This document shows positions 23,879 to 37,990 of a DNA stretch of 64,000 bases, piece after piece. Position numbers and translations under genes: made by a program. The notes below the pieces were generated by a model that worked only from the letters and a program-made list of their open reading frames with translations, searched no databases and was not told the origin of the DNA. The stretch comes from Selaginella moellendorffii (taxonomy: Eukaryota > Plantae > Lycopodiophyta): contig NW_003314268.1 of NCBI RefSeq assembly GCF_000143415.4, forward strand, positions 449,117 to 513,116. The letters run 5' to 3'. Numbering within the stretch: position 1 is the stretch's first letter; every line of letters starts with the position of its first letter.

Positions 23879-24589
23879 ATGGTGTTCGAGCAAACAAACT
23901 TCGCGATGATGGCGATCAAGCTTATGTGCGCTCTTCTTTTTCTTCTCGTTTGTGGCACTGGTGAGTTACTCTTAGATCTCTCAAGCTCCTGGAACTAACA
24001 TCAAGTTCGTCAGACTCGAGAGGAGTGAACGTCGAGTGGGATGTTCTAAACTGGACTACAGATGGTTACCAGGTTTGATCTTCCAGCTCCTTACATTCTT
24101 TGCTTCGTCGCAGTGTTGATGTGAATCGATCTCTTCCAGGCTCTAGTAACTCTGGATTCGTCTGGAGAGAAGAGCTTTTCAAAGCACGGATGGGCTTACG
24201 GCTGGACTTGGGCGAAGAAGGAAGTGATCTGGGAGCTCGAGGGAGCTAAAGTCCAGGATCAAGGCAACTGTACTCGCTTCATTGGAAACAAGCCTCTTGC
24301 TTGTGATCGCTCGCTTGTCCTGGTTCCAGCTGCGAAGAAGCGTGACAAAAACGAGAAGAAGGTTGTATCTTTCCTGGTCACCGTTGGCGAAGCAGGGATG
24401 AGCACTATCACGGTTGATCTTCCTAAGAACTTTACTTTGAAGCCTGGGTATCACTGTGGAGCTGTGAAAGAATCATCTGCGCATAAGAAAGGAGCTCTAA
24501 GTAAGAACTACGTGTTATTTTTGCTTGCAAAGTACCTGATCTGATACCTTGTTTGATGAACAGAGAGCTGGGAATCGCTGTGTGCTTGA
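23879..24589 (+). CDS. Truncated COBRA-like secreted protein (N-terminal domain only), 4 exons
   Basis: Signal peptide, VEWDVLNWTTDGYQALVTL, GWAYGWTWAKKEVIWELEGAKVQDQGNC, SFLVTVGEAG, LPKNFTLKPGYHCG, last exon KSWESLCA*. Confidence 0.8.
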
Positions 24590-24597
24590 GCCTCGCT

Positions 24598-26363
<1,766 letters not shown>

Positions 26364-26465
26364 AAACCCATCATCCAGATAAACCCTAGAAAGATTCGAT
26401 GGAATATTTTATGGCGGGGGGATAACTTATCTTGTTCTAGGGCTTCTAGAGAGGGCGAGCGAGGA

Positions 26466-29400
26466 ATGGAGCTCTCGAGGTTCGTGCATTGGTTTCTCTG
26501 GTGGAGCTGGCTTCTGTGGGCGCCGCGATTCGTAATATCGCAGCCAGGGCGCGATTGCTTGATGCTGTGCTCGCAGAACATCACCTGCGCGTTAGAATGC
26601 GCGGCGTGTGACTTCGATTGCTGCAGCTCCACTTGCGATTCAGCTCGCCCCGGCGCTGTTTGTGATCCATTTTGCTATGTCTCCAGTCTCGATGTGAGCG
26701 ATTGCTGCGTTAGCGCTCCATCGCCGCCTCCAACTCCGGCCCCCAGTATGTAGCACTATGGACTCCACTATTCCCTGGTAAAATTTTTTGTCATTTTATT
26801 CCTTCATTGCTTGATCATGGTTTGTTCTATGCTCATTTTTCTTCTTGGTTTTTTTTCTTTTGTTCTCCTGTCCGTATGCTTGATCATGATTTTGCTTGAA
26901 AGGCTTTCATCTTCTTTTGCTTGAACCAGCTTGAGAAGTTGTCATAGTTCTTTGAGTTTCTATCGTTGAGTTTGCGTGAAAAGTTTTCATTCTTTATATG
27001 TTTGTGTTCTTCTATGCAGTTATACCAGGGCCTGGAAACTGCAGCGTTATCGACATTCTTGCTGTAAACATCACGATGGTCGAGGGAGTGCCGTTCACTT
27101 TCAATATTGTTGCCATCGATTCGAGCTGCAGTGGATCGACTTGCTCGTGCACTACACCTTATGACGGATCGCCCAGCCTTTTTCAAGTACGTATCTTCGA
27201 TTCCGGAACTGGATTTACTCCACCCAATACTGCCTGCAACGTGAGCGAGGGGTCCAGTTCTGGAGTATTTTCCGTGTCATGCCTTGCTCAAAATTCCATT
27301 GCAGATGCCAATGCTCAATACATCCTTTTTGTGACTCTCTTTTCCTATGGGTTTTGGGTGGTTCCTATCGGATTTTCGAGCCCGGCCATCACTATCATTT
27401 CCGGTATGCTTACAGTGTTATCCGTCCGCAGTTTTAATGTTTTTTCTTTTTCTGATTCTCAGGTCCTGTGTATGTTCCTGCATGTGTTGCTACATGGTCC
27501 AACAATAGCAGCACCTTCGTTGCTGGCACAATGGCTACGCTGCAGATAACTCAAAAAGACGCATTCAATAACACTGTTGGTGGAAAGACTGGACGAAGTG
27601 TACTATACAGCTTTCAGCTCGCCGTAATTGCCAACCCTGCCGTGAACACCTCGACGAGCTTTCCCAGTTTCAATGTCTCTGGTAACGCGACTGAAGGTTC
27701 TCAAACTGTTTCTTTCTATCCTACTACAGCCGGTAGATTCTACTTGCAAGTTGGAAATGGCACTCACGTTATCCAAAAGGCACCGTTCCGCTTTTACGTG
27801 GTTCCAGGTAAAAGGTTTTGTCAGCAACGTGTATTCTTTCTGATGTTCTTTTTTTAATTTTTCTTTTTGTTTTTTGGTCTTTCTTTGATATATCAGGTCC
27901 TCTTTCTATTAATGACAGTTCAGCTGTTTGGCCAAACGGAGTTAATTCCTTTGAGGCAGGGACTAATTCTTCTCTAGCAATATTACAACTCGATGGATTC
28001 AGCAATTCTATTCCAAATATGGAGCTACTTCTAAGCTTTTACTACTCGGATGGCAGTACACTGGCGCCTCTGAATGTAACAGTTGCTCCCCTCGAAATCG
28101 ACACGGATTATATTGCTGCAACTTTTATGCCAATCCAAGCAGGCCAATATTATCTGCACGTTGGAAATGGATCACAAGAATTACAACTTTCACCCTTCAC
28201 ATTTTCGGTATTTTCAGGTGAATGTGTAAGTTGTCAATCAATCAACTGGGTAACCAGAGTTTATAATTTTTTTTGCAGGTTCAATTGCAGTGGAAAACTG
28301 CAAGGGTTCCTGGACGGGATTCAAGTCTACCTTCTATGCTGGAGAACGAGCTGAATTTAATGTGTTGGAGATGGATGGTTACGGCAATAATGTCAGCTTA
28401 TCCACTGGCAGCTTAAGCTCGTACGACTTTTCTGTCAACGTGAGCACTGCGAGCGACTATCAACTGTTTGCGATGCCGAGCCTGGCTTTACTTCCTCCGG
28501 AGCTTGGATCAGCTTACAGGATCGTAACATTTTATCCTCAAGTTTCGGGAACATATTTGCTGAACGTTGGCAGCGACATCGTCAATATTTCGAATTCTCC
28601 CTTCTTATTCCGAGTTTTTCCAGGCATGTATATAAATATGTGGCCTTGCATCGTGAACTGACTTCCTTTTCTTTGCAGGTCCTATCAGCATACCGACCTG
28701 CATGGGGTTTTGGCCAAATGGCAGCCAATTTCAAGCGGGAGTGAATGGCAGTTTGCAAATCTTTAAGCGAGACAAGTACAACAATAGCGTTTATGACCCT
28801 TATGTTTTTATTGGTACGATAGTGAGCCTCTCGAGCGACATACCAGTAGGAAGCTTGCCGGATCTGGGAGTGCAAGTGCAAAACATCAACGGCACGGATT
28901 ACAACCTGATGACTTTCATGTCAACTCTTTCTGGAGATTTTGCCTGTGAAGTTGGAAGTAGCACTGACACCATCACAAACTCGCCTCTTGGTTTTTTCGT
29001 GAATGCGAGTAAGTTTTTGCTAGTATATATCTCATCTTAAGTGGTTTGTTACTTCAGGTTCGGTGTCCACTTCCGCATGTCTACCATCGTGGCCGAAGGG
29101 CTTGAATAGATTTCCTGCGGGAACTGAAGCCACGCTTCACGTCCTACTCAAGGATGTCTACAACAACACCGTGAGCTCAATTACTGGCGGATATGATTAC
29201 AATTTTCAGCTGTCAGCCGACATTTCTGGAAGTGCTAATAGTTCTCTAGGATACAACGTGAGCTTTGCCGATAATCCTTCTGCAGGCATTAAAACAGTCA
29301 AATTCTATCCGACCTTGGCCGGCAGCTACTGGCTGGGTTTGTGGAGTCCCAGTGCAAATCTAACAGGGTCACCTTTCCAGTTTACTGTTACAGCAGGTCT

Positions 29401-32400
29401 CTGAGATAATCTTTACATTTCGTACCTTCTTTTGGCTTATTGTGTCTTTTTTTTTTGTATAGGCTCTGTATCTGTTTGGAATTGCACAGCCTCCTGGCTT
29501 GGTGGCGTAAATGTTTTCGACGCGGGAACTCAAGCAGTTATCCAAATCCTTCTCATGGATGCGTACGGGAATAATGTCAGCTTGGCAACAGGAAGAAACG
29601 ACTCCTACAACTTTGTTGTCGAAGTACAAGGCTATCCTGATGCTATAAACAACTGGAATGTTACGGTTGTTCCTCAGAACTTCTCCGGGTACCAGTCCGT
29701 AGTTTTCTTTCCGGTGGATGCCGGACAGTTCAACTTAAGGATTGGAAGCAAGTCGAAGAACATATCCGGGTCGCCGTTTCCATTGACTGTAAACCCAGGT
29801 ACTACACTCTTTTTTACCGTATTATATATTAACAGTTAAACACAGGATTCTTGTCCGTGCCGGATTGCTCTGGCGAGTGGCTCAATGGTATAGAGTTCTA
29901 CCTACAGAACACAACTGTGACATTCTTGCTCTATCCAAAAGATGTGTTTGGGAACGCTTTACCCAGCAATGGCCTCACCGCAGCAAACTTTACGGCGCTC
30001 GTTTATTTCCAATCAAACCTGAGTATGCTGGGAGTTCCAAGCTTGGCCGTGACACAGATGACGAACTACTCGCTGGCATTCAGATTTAACATGACCAAAG
30101 TTGGAAGATTTATCTTACAGATTGGAAATGCATCAGAAGACATTTCTGGATCGCCATACTTGTTCACAGTGACCACAGGTTTGAACATAACGTTCTTTGA
30201 TGTTATGCTAATCACTTTTCCTACTTTTTGTAGACAACGTGGATCCTTCGAGAACCATAATAGATGGTACTGGGCTAAAGAACTCAACCGCTGGTGTCAA
30301 GTCGGAGTTTCTTGTCCAACTTCGCGACAGTGCAGGAAATACAGCATACGCAAACGCTAGTGACATGAGCGTCCGGTTTACGAGGTTCGGCCTTCCTATC
30401 AACGTAACAACTAACATTTCTATCGTTCCCAAATCGAGTGGTGCATTCCTAATCGCGTATGTGCCCACACTTGCTGGGGACTACAAGATTGTGACGCAGT
30501 GGAAAGGGCTCGTTCTAGGGGGAGGTCCTGCAATAAAAAAGAGCGTTCTTCCAGGTGAATATTTTTCTTGCACACTTCGTTTCTTGAACTGATGCCTTTC
30601 GTAAATGGTTGTAGCAAGTATATATGGACCGTGGTGCAGAGCTACGTATTCTGGGGTGTCACAGGGAGAAGCGGGCTTGACTACGAGCTTCCTTGTCACA
30701 ACTTTCGACGCATTCAACAACACAATGCCGACGGGGCCAGTGAATATCTCTATAAAGTTTTCTCCGGCTGTCACCCAGGCCACAACCATCACCAACAATC
30801 GAAATGGAACGTATACTGTCAAGTGCAACGTCACAAAATCTGGGACCTACGGTGTGTTTGTTTACGCCGGATCGTTAACGCCGAGCAATCTCACCACTGG
30901 CAGCCCGTTCCAGATCACTGTTTCATCAGGTTCTACTTCTTTTTTCCTCGACGATTCAAGCCTGAGTGTGATTCTTCTTAACAGGTCCAATCGCGATATC
31001 TCAATGTCGCGGGGTGTTTATGGACGGAAATGTGATAAGTGAAGGCAGTGCGGTGAGATTCCTTCTCTTACTGCGAGACAAGTTCAAGAACAAAGTCTAC
31101 CAGGTTCTAAATGAAACAGTCACTGCCATGTTTACGGCGTCCGTCTACACGACTGGTGGCGAGGGGCCGGTTTTCACGTCGGACATGACCGTCCAGCAGT
31201 TTGCTACATTTACTTACGCAAGCGACCAGGTGTTGATCGCTTTTACAATGACCGAGCGCGGGGATTTCAAGCTCCAAGTTGTCAGTGGCCTTACGAAGAT
31301 AAACTCCGGAGTCCCGTATTATTTTTCTATCGTGCAAGGTAAGCATACCGTCTAGTGTTCTGTATGACATAACTCACGGCTTGCACCGTGCAGAAGCTCC
31401 GAGCGTGCTCAACAGCACCTTCAACGGAACTGGCATCATAGACTCCACTGCCGGGGACCTTACTACGATTTCCATCACGCTCAGGGACCACTTTGGCTAT
31501 CCAGTCGTGACGGACACAAGCCTCATCGTCGTAAACGCTTCGTCAATGGACGACACCTTCTTTCTACTCGCGAAGGTTTTCGAGCTTCAAGCAGAAGATG
31601 GAAGGTACGTGTCGAACTACACCGCCACCGTCGCTGGCGATTACACGGTTTCCATTTCATGGTCGGATGTTCGTCTAGTTTCTTACAACAAGACCGTCTC
31701 TCCAGGTACTTCCTCGCATTCTTTCTAAAACTTACATGAGTTTTTCTCGTATCTCAGGTCCTCCTTTGCCAGAGCAGTGTGTCGCCAGTGGCGATGGTCT
31801 CTCGGGTGGCGAAGCTGGAACGAATCTAGAGTTCAACATCTCAGCATACGATCGGTTTCGCAATCCTTGTGCTCCCGGCGCCATCTCTTTCATCGTCCAG
31901 TTCGATCCACCGTTCGCAAGCGTGGCCGCAACTTGGGTTGGAGGCCAGGACTTCTCGGTGAATTATACCATCTGGAAGGCTCAAAACTACAGCATGACTG
32001 TCATAGCGGTGGGTTCCGACGCTCAAGTGCCACTCCCAGGCAGTCCTTTCCCTGTCACCATTTATCCAGGTAGTACTTCCAACTTTGCAAAGTTTCTCTC
32101 TTTTTGGTATAGCCGCGATGAAAAATTCTTCCTCCAGGGCCGCCGGACACGACCGTTGCTTATGTCACCGGCGAAGGGGTGTCAATTCTAGCATCGGTGC
32201 TTAAATGGAACGAAGTCGTGGTGATCATGGTGGACGTCTTCGAGAATCCAGTGACGGTGGACAGTTCTGGCTTTAAACTCAGTGTTACGGGACCTGGAGC
32301 TTCCACTTATCGGAGCTTCGTCCTTCTTTCGCCAGGGAAGTATCTTGCCTCGTACAAGGTCCCTTCGCAAGGATTCTACGCAGTCACGGTCTCGTACGAG

Positions 32401-33169
32401 GATCTCCTTCTTCCCGAGTGTCCGCTCAACGTATCTGTCGGCTCTGGTAACGCATTTTGCATCGGTCAAGTATTTGCGTTCTTCTTACTCTGCTCACTGC
32501 AGTTAAAGAGACAGCCAAAGATTTCAGAGCCACGATTTCACCTAACACCAGTCTACCTGCTGGAGAGGACGTGACCGTCACCATCTTTGCGAATTACACG
32601 ACCAACAAGACGATGAAATTCATAGTCGAGTTGGCGTCGGAAGAGCTTACGGTGGGACTGATACCCGACGAACGCAATGGAAAGTATTCTGCGACCATCA
32701 ACGCTACGCTCTCGGGCTCGTACATCGCTGACATTACCCTCTATGGTTCGCAAATCAAAGGGACATACACTCTGCAAGTCAAACCAGGTAAGTTGGTTTC
32801 TCTTTTTGAAGTTGCAAGCCAGTTTCTCAAAGCTTCATACCTCCAGGTGCTGTTCACGTTCCTCTCTGCGCTGTTATAGAGATGGCCGCAGAGAGCATAG
32901 CTACAACCGGGGTTCCAAAGCAAGTGAGAATCCAAACCAGGGATAAATTCGGCAACAATGCTTATAGCGACGTTGACGAGAATGGAAACACTGTGACCTT
33001 CGTCATGATCCTCTCGGGCCCAACCATGGAGGAGTTTTCGATGGACTACGTATCAGAAGGGATGTTCGTCGGTAACTTTGTGGCTCGCGAGCCCGGCATT
33101 TATGACCTCTCCATCATGGCTGGCCTTGTGGATATCAGCGGCAGCCCGTTCATGGTAACTGTGTCCTAG
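26466..33169 (+). CDS. Large secreted filamin/Ig-repeat protein, GEX2-like; 17 exons, about 16 repeats, Cys-rich N-terminal domain
   Basis: Exon 1 encodes a signal peptide, Cys-rich domain and PSPPPTPAP linker; each later exon is one repeat of C.A.W....F.AG....I...D.(F/Y)GN...F.P..AG.Y.L.VG....SPF.F.V.PG; phase-1 introns; many NxS/T sites. Confidence 0.82.
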
Positions 33170-33267
33170 AGAAGAGGCTTGGAAATTTTGTCACGAGACA
33201 AGCACTTATTATCAGCGAAACTATGAAATCTTACAGCATACCGATCGACGATGGCGCTATATAGTTT

Positions 33268-34756
33268 CTACACTTGGTTTGTGCTGGTGCCTGCGCTTAC
33301 GAAAAGCTTGGCCCATTTGTTACAGTCAGCGCCAGGCCCGTCCCCCTATACAGGAAAATCGTCGTCTGTAAGGTTGAGAATTCTTTGCTGAAATAAAAAG
33401 TAAGTTTCTATTGCTCCAACCTGGACTGAGTTGAGCTCGTAAGTTTGGCCACACGTACACTCGAGGTCCATTGCTTGGATGCAGGCTTCGGCGACCATGA
33501 TCCTGCTAGCTTCGCCAACAAGAGTATCACCTGTGAGAGAACTTCGGTCAAAACTATGGCAAGTATTAATTTCTCGACCTTGGCCAAGGATAACGTCGCG
33601 ACGAGTTCCTGACGTTGCCTTTAGCAGCGTGTTCAGATCATACGATGTGTAAGGTCCGTCTGTTAGTCTCCCTGGCCTGTGGAAACCTCGTGCTCGAGAG
33701 GAAAATCTTCATGAGAGTTTGAGAGTTTAGCACCTGATAATAGTGTACGGGAGTCCAGAGCTTCTCAAAAAATCTTCACCCATTTTTTTGTACTTGAGCA
33801 CTCCAAACAGGTTCATGATACTGCGGTGCCCAGCATAAAAGTTGAAAAGGTTGGAAACGCAAAGAACTTGATCGAGCTTACTTCCACGGCAGCTGATCGC
33901 ATTTTGTAACTCCAACAGACGAAACCAACACAAATCTCTGGATGGTTTTGGGAACTGCAGCAATGAGATTGCGTACTCCCATCCAGTCTGCTCGTGGAAA
34001 AAGATAAGAAAAGTTTTTTCTTCAAACCAAAGACGTACCACTTCAATCTAGCACCTGTTTGTTCCGGCGTATTGTCTCCAGCCCAGCGCTTGGATGGAAA
34101 CGCGGTGGTTCCTGTGCAGCATAAAACATGAGTGACACCCTGCAGCCAAATGATAGTTAGATCAAGGTAGTCGTAGAAAAAAAAAGAGAGATCACCTCGA
34201 ACATGGACGGAACAAAATCTTCTGGATTCCTTGTATCCCCAACAACAACCTGGTACAAATTTTATCGATGGTTTCACCAAGAAAAGATAGAGAAACAATT
34301 TTTTGAGAAGAGCTTGCAATACCTGTAGCTTATCGCCAAACAACGATCGAGCTTTCTCAGCATTTCTCAGCAGCGCACGAACTTCTACACCTTTCTCGAG
34401 CAAAGACGCGACCGCAAGCTGCCCTGAATGGAAAAACACAAAAGTTTCGTTCGGCAGCGAAGAAAAGAAGAAAATCTCGATAAGAACTCGCCTACACCAC
34501 CAGTAGCGCCTACAACAAGCACAAGCTTCTGCGAATACCGCGAATCCGTAGCTTCTGGAGCTGGAGAAGCCGCGGCGGCTACCACACCGCGGGGCTTGCA
34601 AAACCCTAGGGAGCTGGAGCGCAATCTCTTTCCAGACCTTGTGAAGCCGAGAAAATCCAGGCGCCGAGACGCTGAAAAATCTCTGGAATTTCTCCCAATG
34701 TGAGCGCCACGGATTCTTGGCTGCGCGCCCAGCGCCACAGCCGCTAGCACAGCCAT
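33268..34756 (-). CDS. Plastid-type NAD(P)-binding Rossmann-fold protein (atypical SDR/NmrA-like), multi-exon
   Basis: Transit-like N-terminus, VLVVGATGGVG, TGTTAFPSKRW, FVLVSSVGV, YTIIRPGRLTDGPYTSYDLN, GDGPG...*. Confidence 0.88.
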
Positions 34757-34890
34757 TCTCCTCACAATGGGAAACGAATATCCAGTTTTCAAACTAGATA
34801 AGCATCTTCAACACCATACAGAGAATATGCGTTTCCCGGCACTTTTTGAAATCCAACTTGTTTCTAGGGTTTAGTTTTAGGGCTGTGGCT

Positions 34891-36634
34891 ATGGCGGAGC
34901 CCGCGAGAATGCCGATGAGCCCCCAAGTGATGGTACGTGTGTTTCCACTGCACTTGATCCATTCTTGAGCTGTTATTTGGCGTAATTCCAGTCGCTGTTG
35001 AGGAAGCTCTCAATCAACACTTGGTTGCGCGCGCACGGCAAGTTTGTGAGGCCGGAGCTCACGAAGAAGCAAAAGCAGGAGCTCAAGGAGTGCTTTGATT
35101 TGATTGATCTCGATGGCTCTGGTATGTTACTCTTTCCTCTTATAAAAATCTTCTTGAGCTTTAAAGATCTTCGATCACTAAGCGAACTCTACCTCTAGCA
35201 TTTCTTTTTTTTTTTGCCAAAACTTTGTGACTGATCATAGACTGTCACTTACTTGTTCGATGACAGCATTTTTTTCTCAGGTGCCATCGACAGCGACGAG
35301 TTGCTGACAGCGTTCAACGTCTTGGGAATGCATGTCAAGCGGTCGGAAGTGGACAGAATGCTGGACGAAGTCGACGAAGATAAATCTGGTGAGGTCTGCA
35401 TGAATTCACTCGCAGCATGACGAATCTGCCTGGATCACTTAAAGTTTTCTTGTAGGTGGAGTATCCTGAGTTTGTGCAGATCATGACCACAAAACTGGAC
35501 TCCCAGTCCAAAGAAGACCTCGAAGAGGAAGGTTGGAGTTAGAAACTTGTGCATTCTCCACCTTGAAAAGCTTCGAGTTTTTGCAGCCAAGCCCAAGGTT
35601 CAGCCTCTCCCTTTCCAATTGCTAGCACAAGCGTATCGTCGAAAGAAGGTAGTGCCTGGCCCTCGTGCTTTCCTCTAACCTCTGAAAGCTTTCTAGCAGA
35701 TGATGGAAGCCGTCATGGGAGGAGACAAAGCTGCTCAGCAACGTCTGAGAGCAAAAGCTGATGAAGCAGAGTCTGAACGCTTGGCTGTTCTTGCTGCGAT
35801 GGAAGCAGAAAAACAAAATCCGGTAGGAAAATCATGTTTGTGTCTATATATCTCGCTCACCTTTCTTTTCACATAGGCTCTTGCGTACAAGGAGCCTGGA
35901 CGAGTTGATCTTCAGCAGCAGGTTCTCTTTCCTCTTCCTTCAGCTTGTTTTTTCAGTCACCTGATCTTCGAAAATTCACGTCTTTCAACCTCTTCCAGAA
36001 AGCACAGCTTCGAAAGATGGGTACGTTCATCCGAACTCACGAATTGTTCACTAACACTGCTTTCGAGTTTTGTGTAGATGCCGGCTTTCCGGTCTACATT
36101 GCTGACAATATCGATCAGGACGTCAGAGATGCGCTCTTGGGTGTTCATGAAGTGCCGAAGTTCACCATCAAAAGAGAGAAACCTCCTCTTGTCAAATGTA
36201 AGAGCTTGTGATACGTGCGTAGCATGGGATAAAAGGCTTGCCCTGGTTCCAAACAGCCAGTCATCTGCCTTGTGGGAGGGAGCTAAGGCCGTTTACTCTA
36301 AGCCAACACATACGAGAAGTTTATCAAGCCGAGCTTATCGACGTGAAGAAACGTCGTGCTGCTGTAAGATATATAGACTGGACATACCTCTTACTTCATG
36401 ATACTGATGAAACAAGGACGCAAATCGTTCCAGGTCCGCCACAGGCCAGTGCTGGAGCAGCAGATGATCCATCTCAAGGCTTTGAAATCCATCCAAGAGA
36501 TTGCTGAGAGGAACAACCGGAGGCTCTTCCGTTCGGCTTCGAGGTGTGGCTTCGAGACGGCTGCTGGCAGCAACAAGTTCAACAAGGCGAAGTATTTCAG
36601 ATCAGCGTCCAGCATGGAAACCAGATTGTATTGA
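34891..36634 (+). CDS. Centrin/calmodulin-like protein with two EF-hands and a long basic C-terminal extension, about 11 exons
   Basis: [59 protein letters not shown]; GT-AG splicing stays open to TGA at 36632-36634. Confidence 0.75.
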
Positions 36635-36668
36635 CTCAAATCACCCGAAAAGCTTTAGCAACCTCGAT

Positions 36669-37390
36669 TCAAACCTGTAAGCTTTCCAGCTCGTTCTTTT
36701 TCTCGCAACTATCTTCACCATTGATGACGCTATCCACACTCCACTGGATTGTTTTTCCAGCGAAGATTGGAACCACTGTCCCCGAATCAAAGCTATACGC
36801 TGTTCGCACGCACCAAGGCCTCTTTACCAGCGTCACCGTTTTCTTGTTCGCGGGAAGACCGTTTAGGGGAACAATGGTAGGAAACGAGGCCTCTTCGAAA
36901 ACCTGGGCGTAGAGAGGTAGAGCAACCGCGCTTCTTTGGCTCTTTTCTCGTGAGGACCAAGGAACTTTTTTTTGCTCCCGCTCGTAACAGCCTTGATCCT
37001 GGTTTTTGTTTTCGTAGCTTGTCCTGGTTTTTGTTTTCGTAGAAATCTCATTGAAAATCCAGCACAAATAAAAGACTTTCTCGCTTAAGAACTGGGAGAC
37101 ATAGAAGTGTGGTTGCAAGCCGCGCTGAATGATTGCGTTGCGATTGAGTAGCAAGTGCTGTGGAGTTACAGTAGCAGCCACATTTCCTGCGAGGCCGAGA
37201 GAAACCACGAAAGAAAATCTACAAGAAATCGCGTACCCGATGTAACGCTCTCCACAAATCGCGAGTAGTGATGTGCTCCATGACCACCTTGAGCTGTGGA
37301 AGCTTGGTGACGAGCAGCGAGAGAATTTTATCAACGAAAAGTTTCTCGCGATCAAAGATACCGACGCTGGTGTCCGCCACCTCACCGAGC
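36669..37390 (-). pseudogene. Dihydroorotase pseudogene (3' half with internal deletions)
   Basis: Copy of 43165-44035 lacking the GTDSAPH and CAGIYS segments and other blocks; no 5' exons. Confidence 0.85.
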
Positions 37391-37990
37391 TGCCCTCCTT
37401 TCATAAGAGTGAAGAATCGTAGCAAGCTTAAGAAGATTCCGTGCGGGATTATCTGGGATACGTTCGATCGGCGTGCGCATCTCTGGCGCTGCTCAATTCC
37501 GCGATTCCAGTTACTTCTCACTATGGATTCTAATTATGGTTCCGAAAAGGCGTGAGAAGAACAAGAGTAAGAACTGTAGCGCGAGCTAGACTCTAAATGG
37601 GCAGGAGCACATATAGATACTCTACTAATACTGAATCCTCGGAGTTAAAACGGTATCAAGCAGTTTTAAACGTCTGGATATGGGTACCCTAATAACAATT
37701 CATTAAAAACATTTTTTATTGTAGTTTGATTTAACATTTATATGTAAAACAAAATATGTGTCAAATTTCATAAAGGTGTTCTACAGAGAAGAATAACTCC
37801 ATAAAAATTTTATTATTTCATTGAAGAAGGACTTGCAGAAAGTAGCATATATCTAGCATTTAGGCCATGTATTGAAAGAATGAATAAAGAAGAAGAAAGA
37901 GTGAAAATACAAAAGCTTTAGCATTTTGGAGCTCAAATAAATTATTGATATGATTGAGATATTAATAAATGAAAAGGCTGCAAGATGAAT

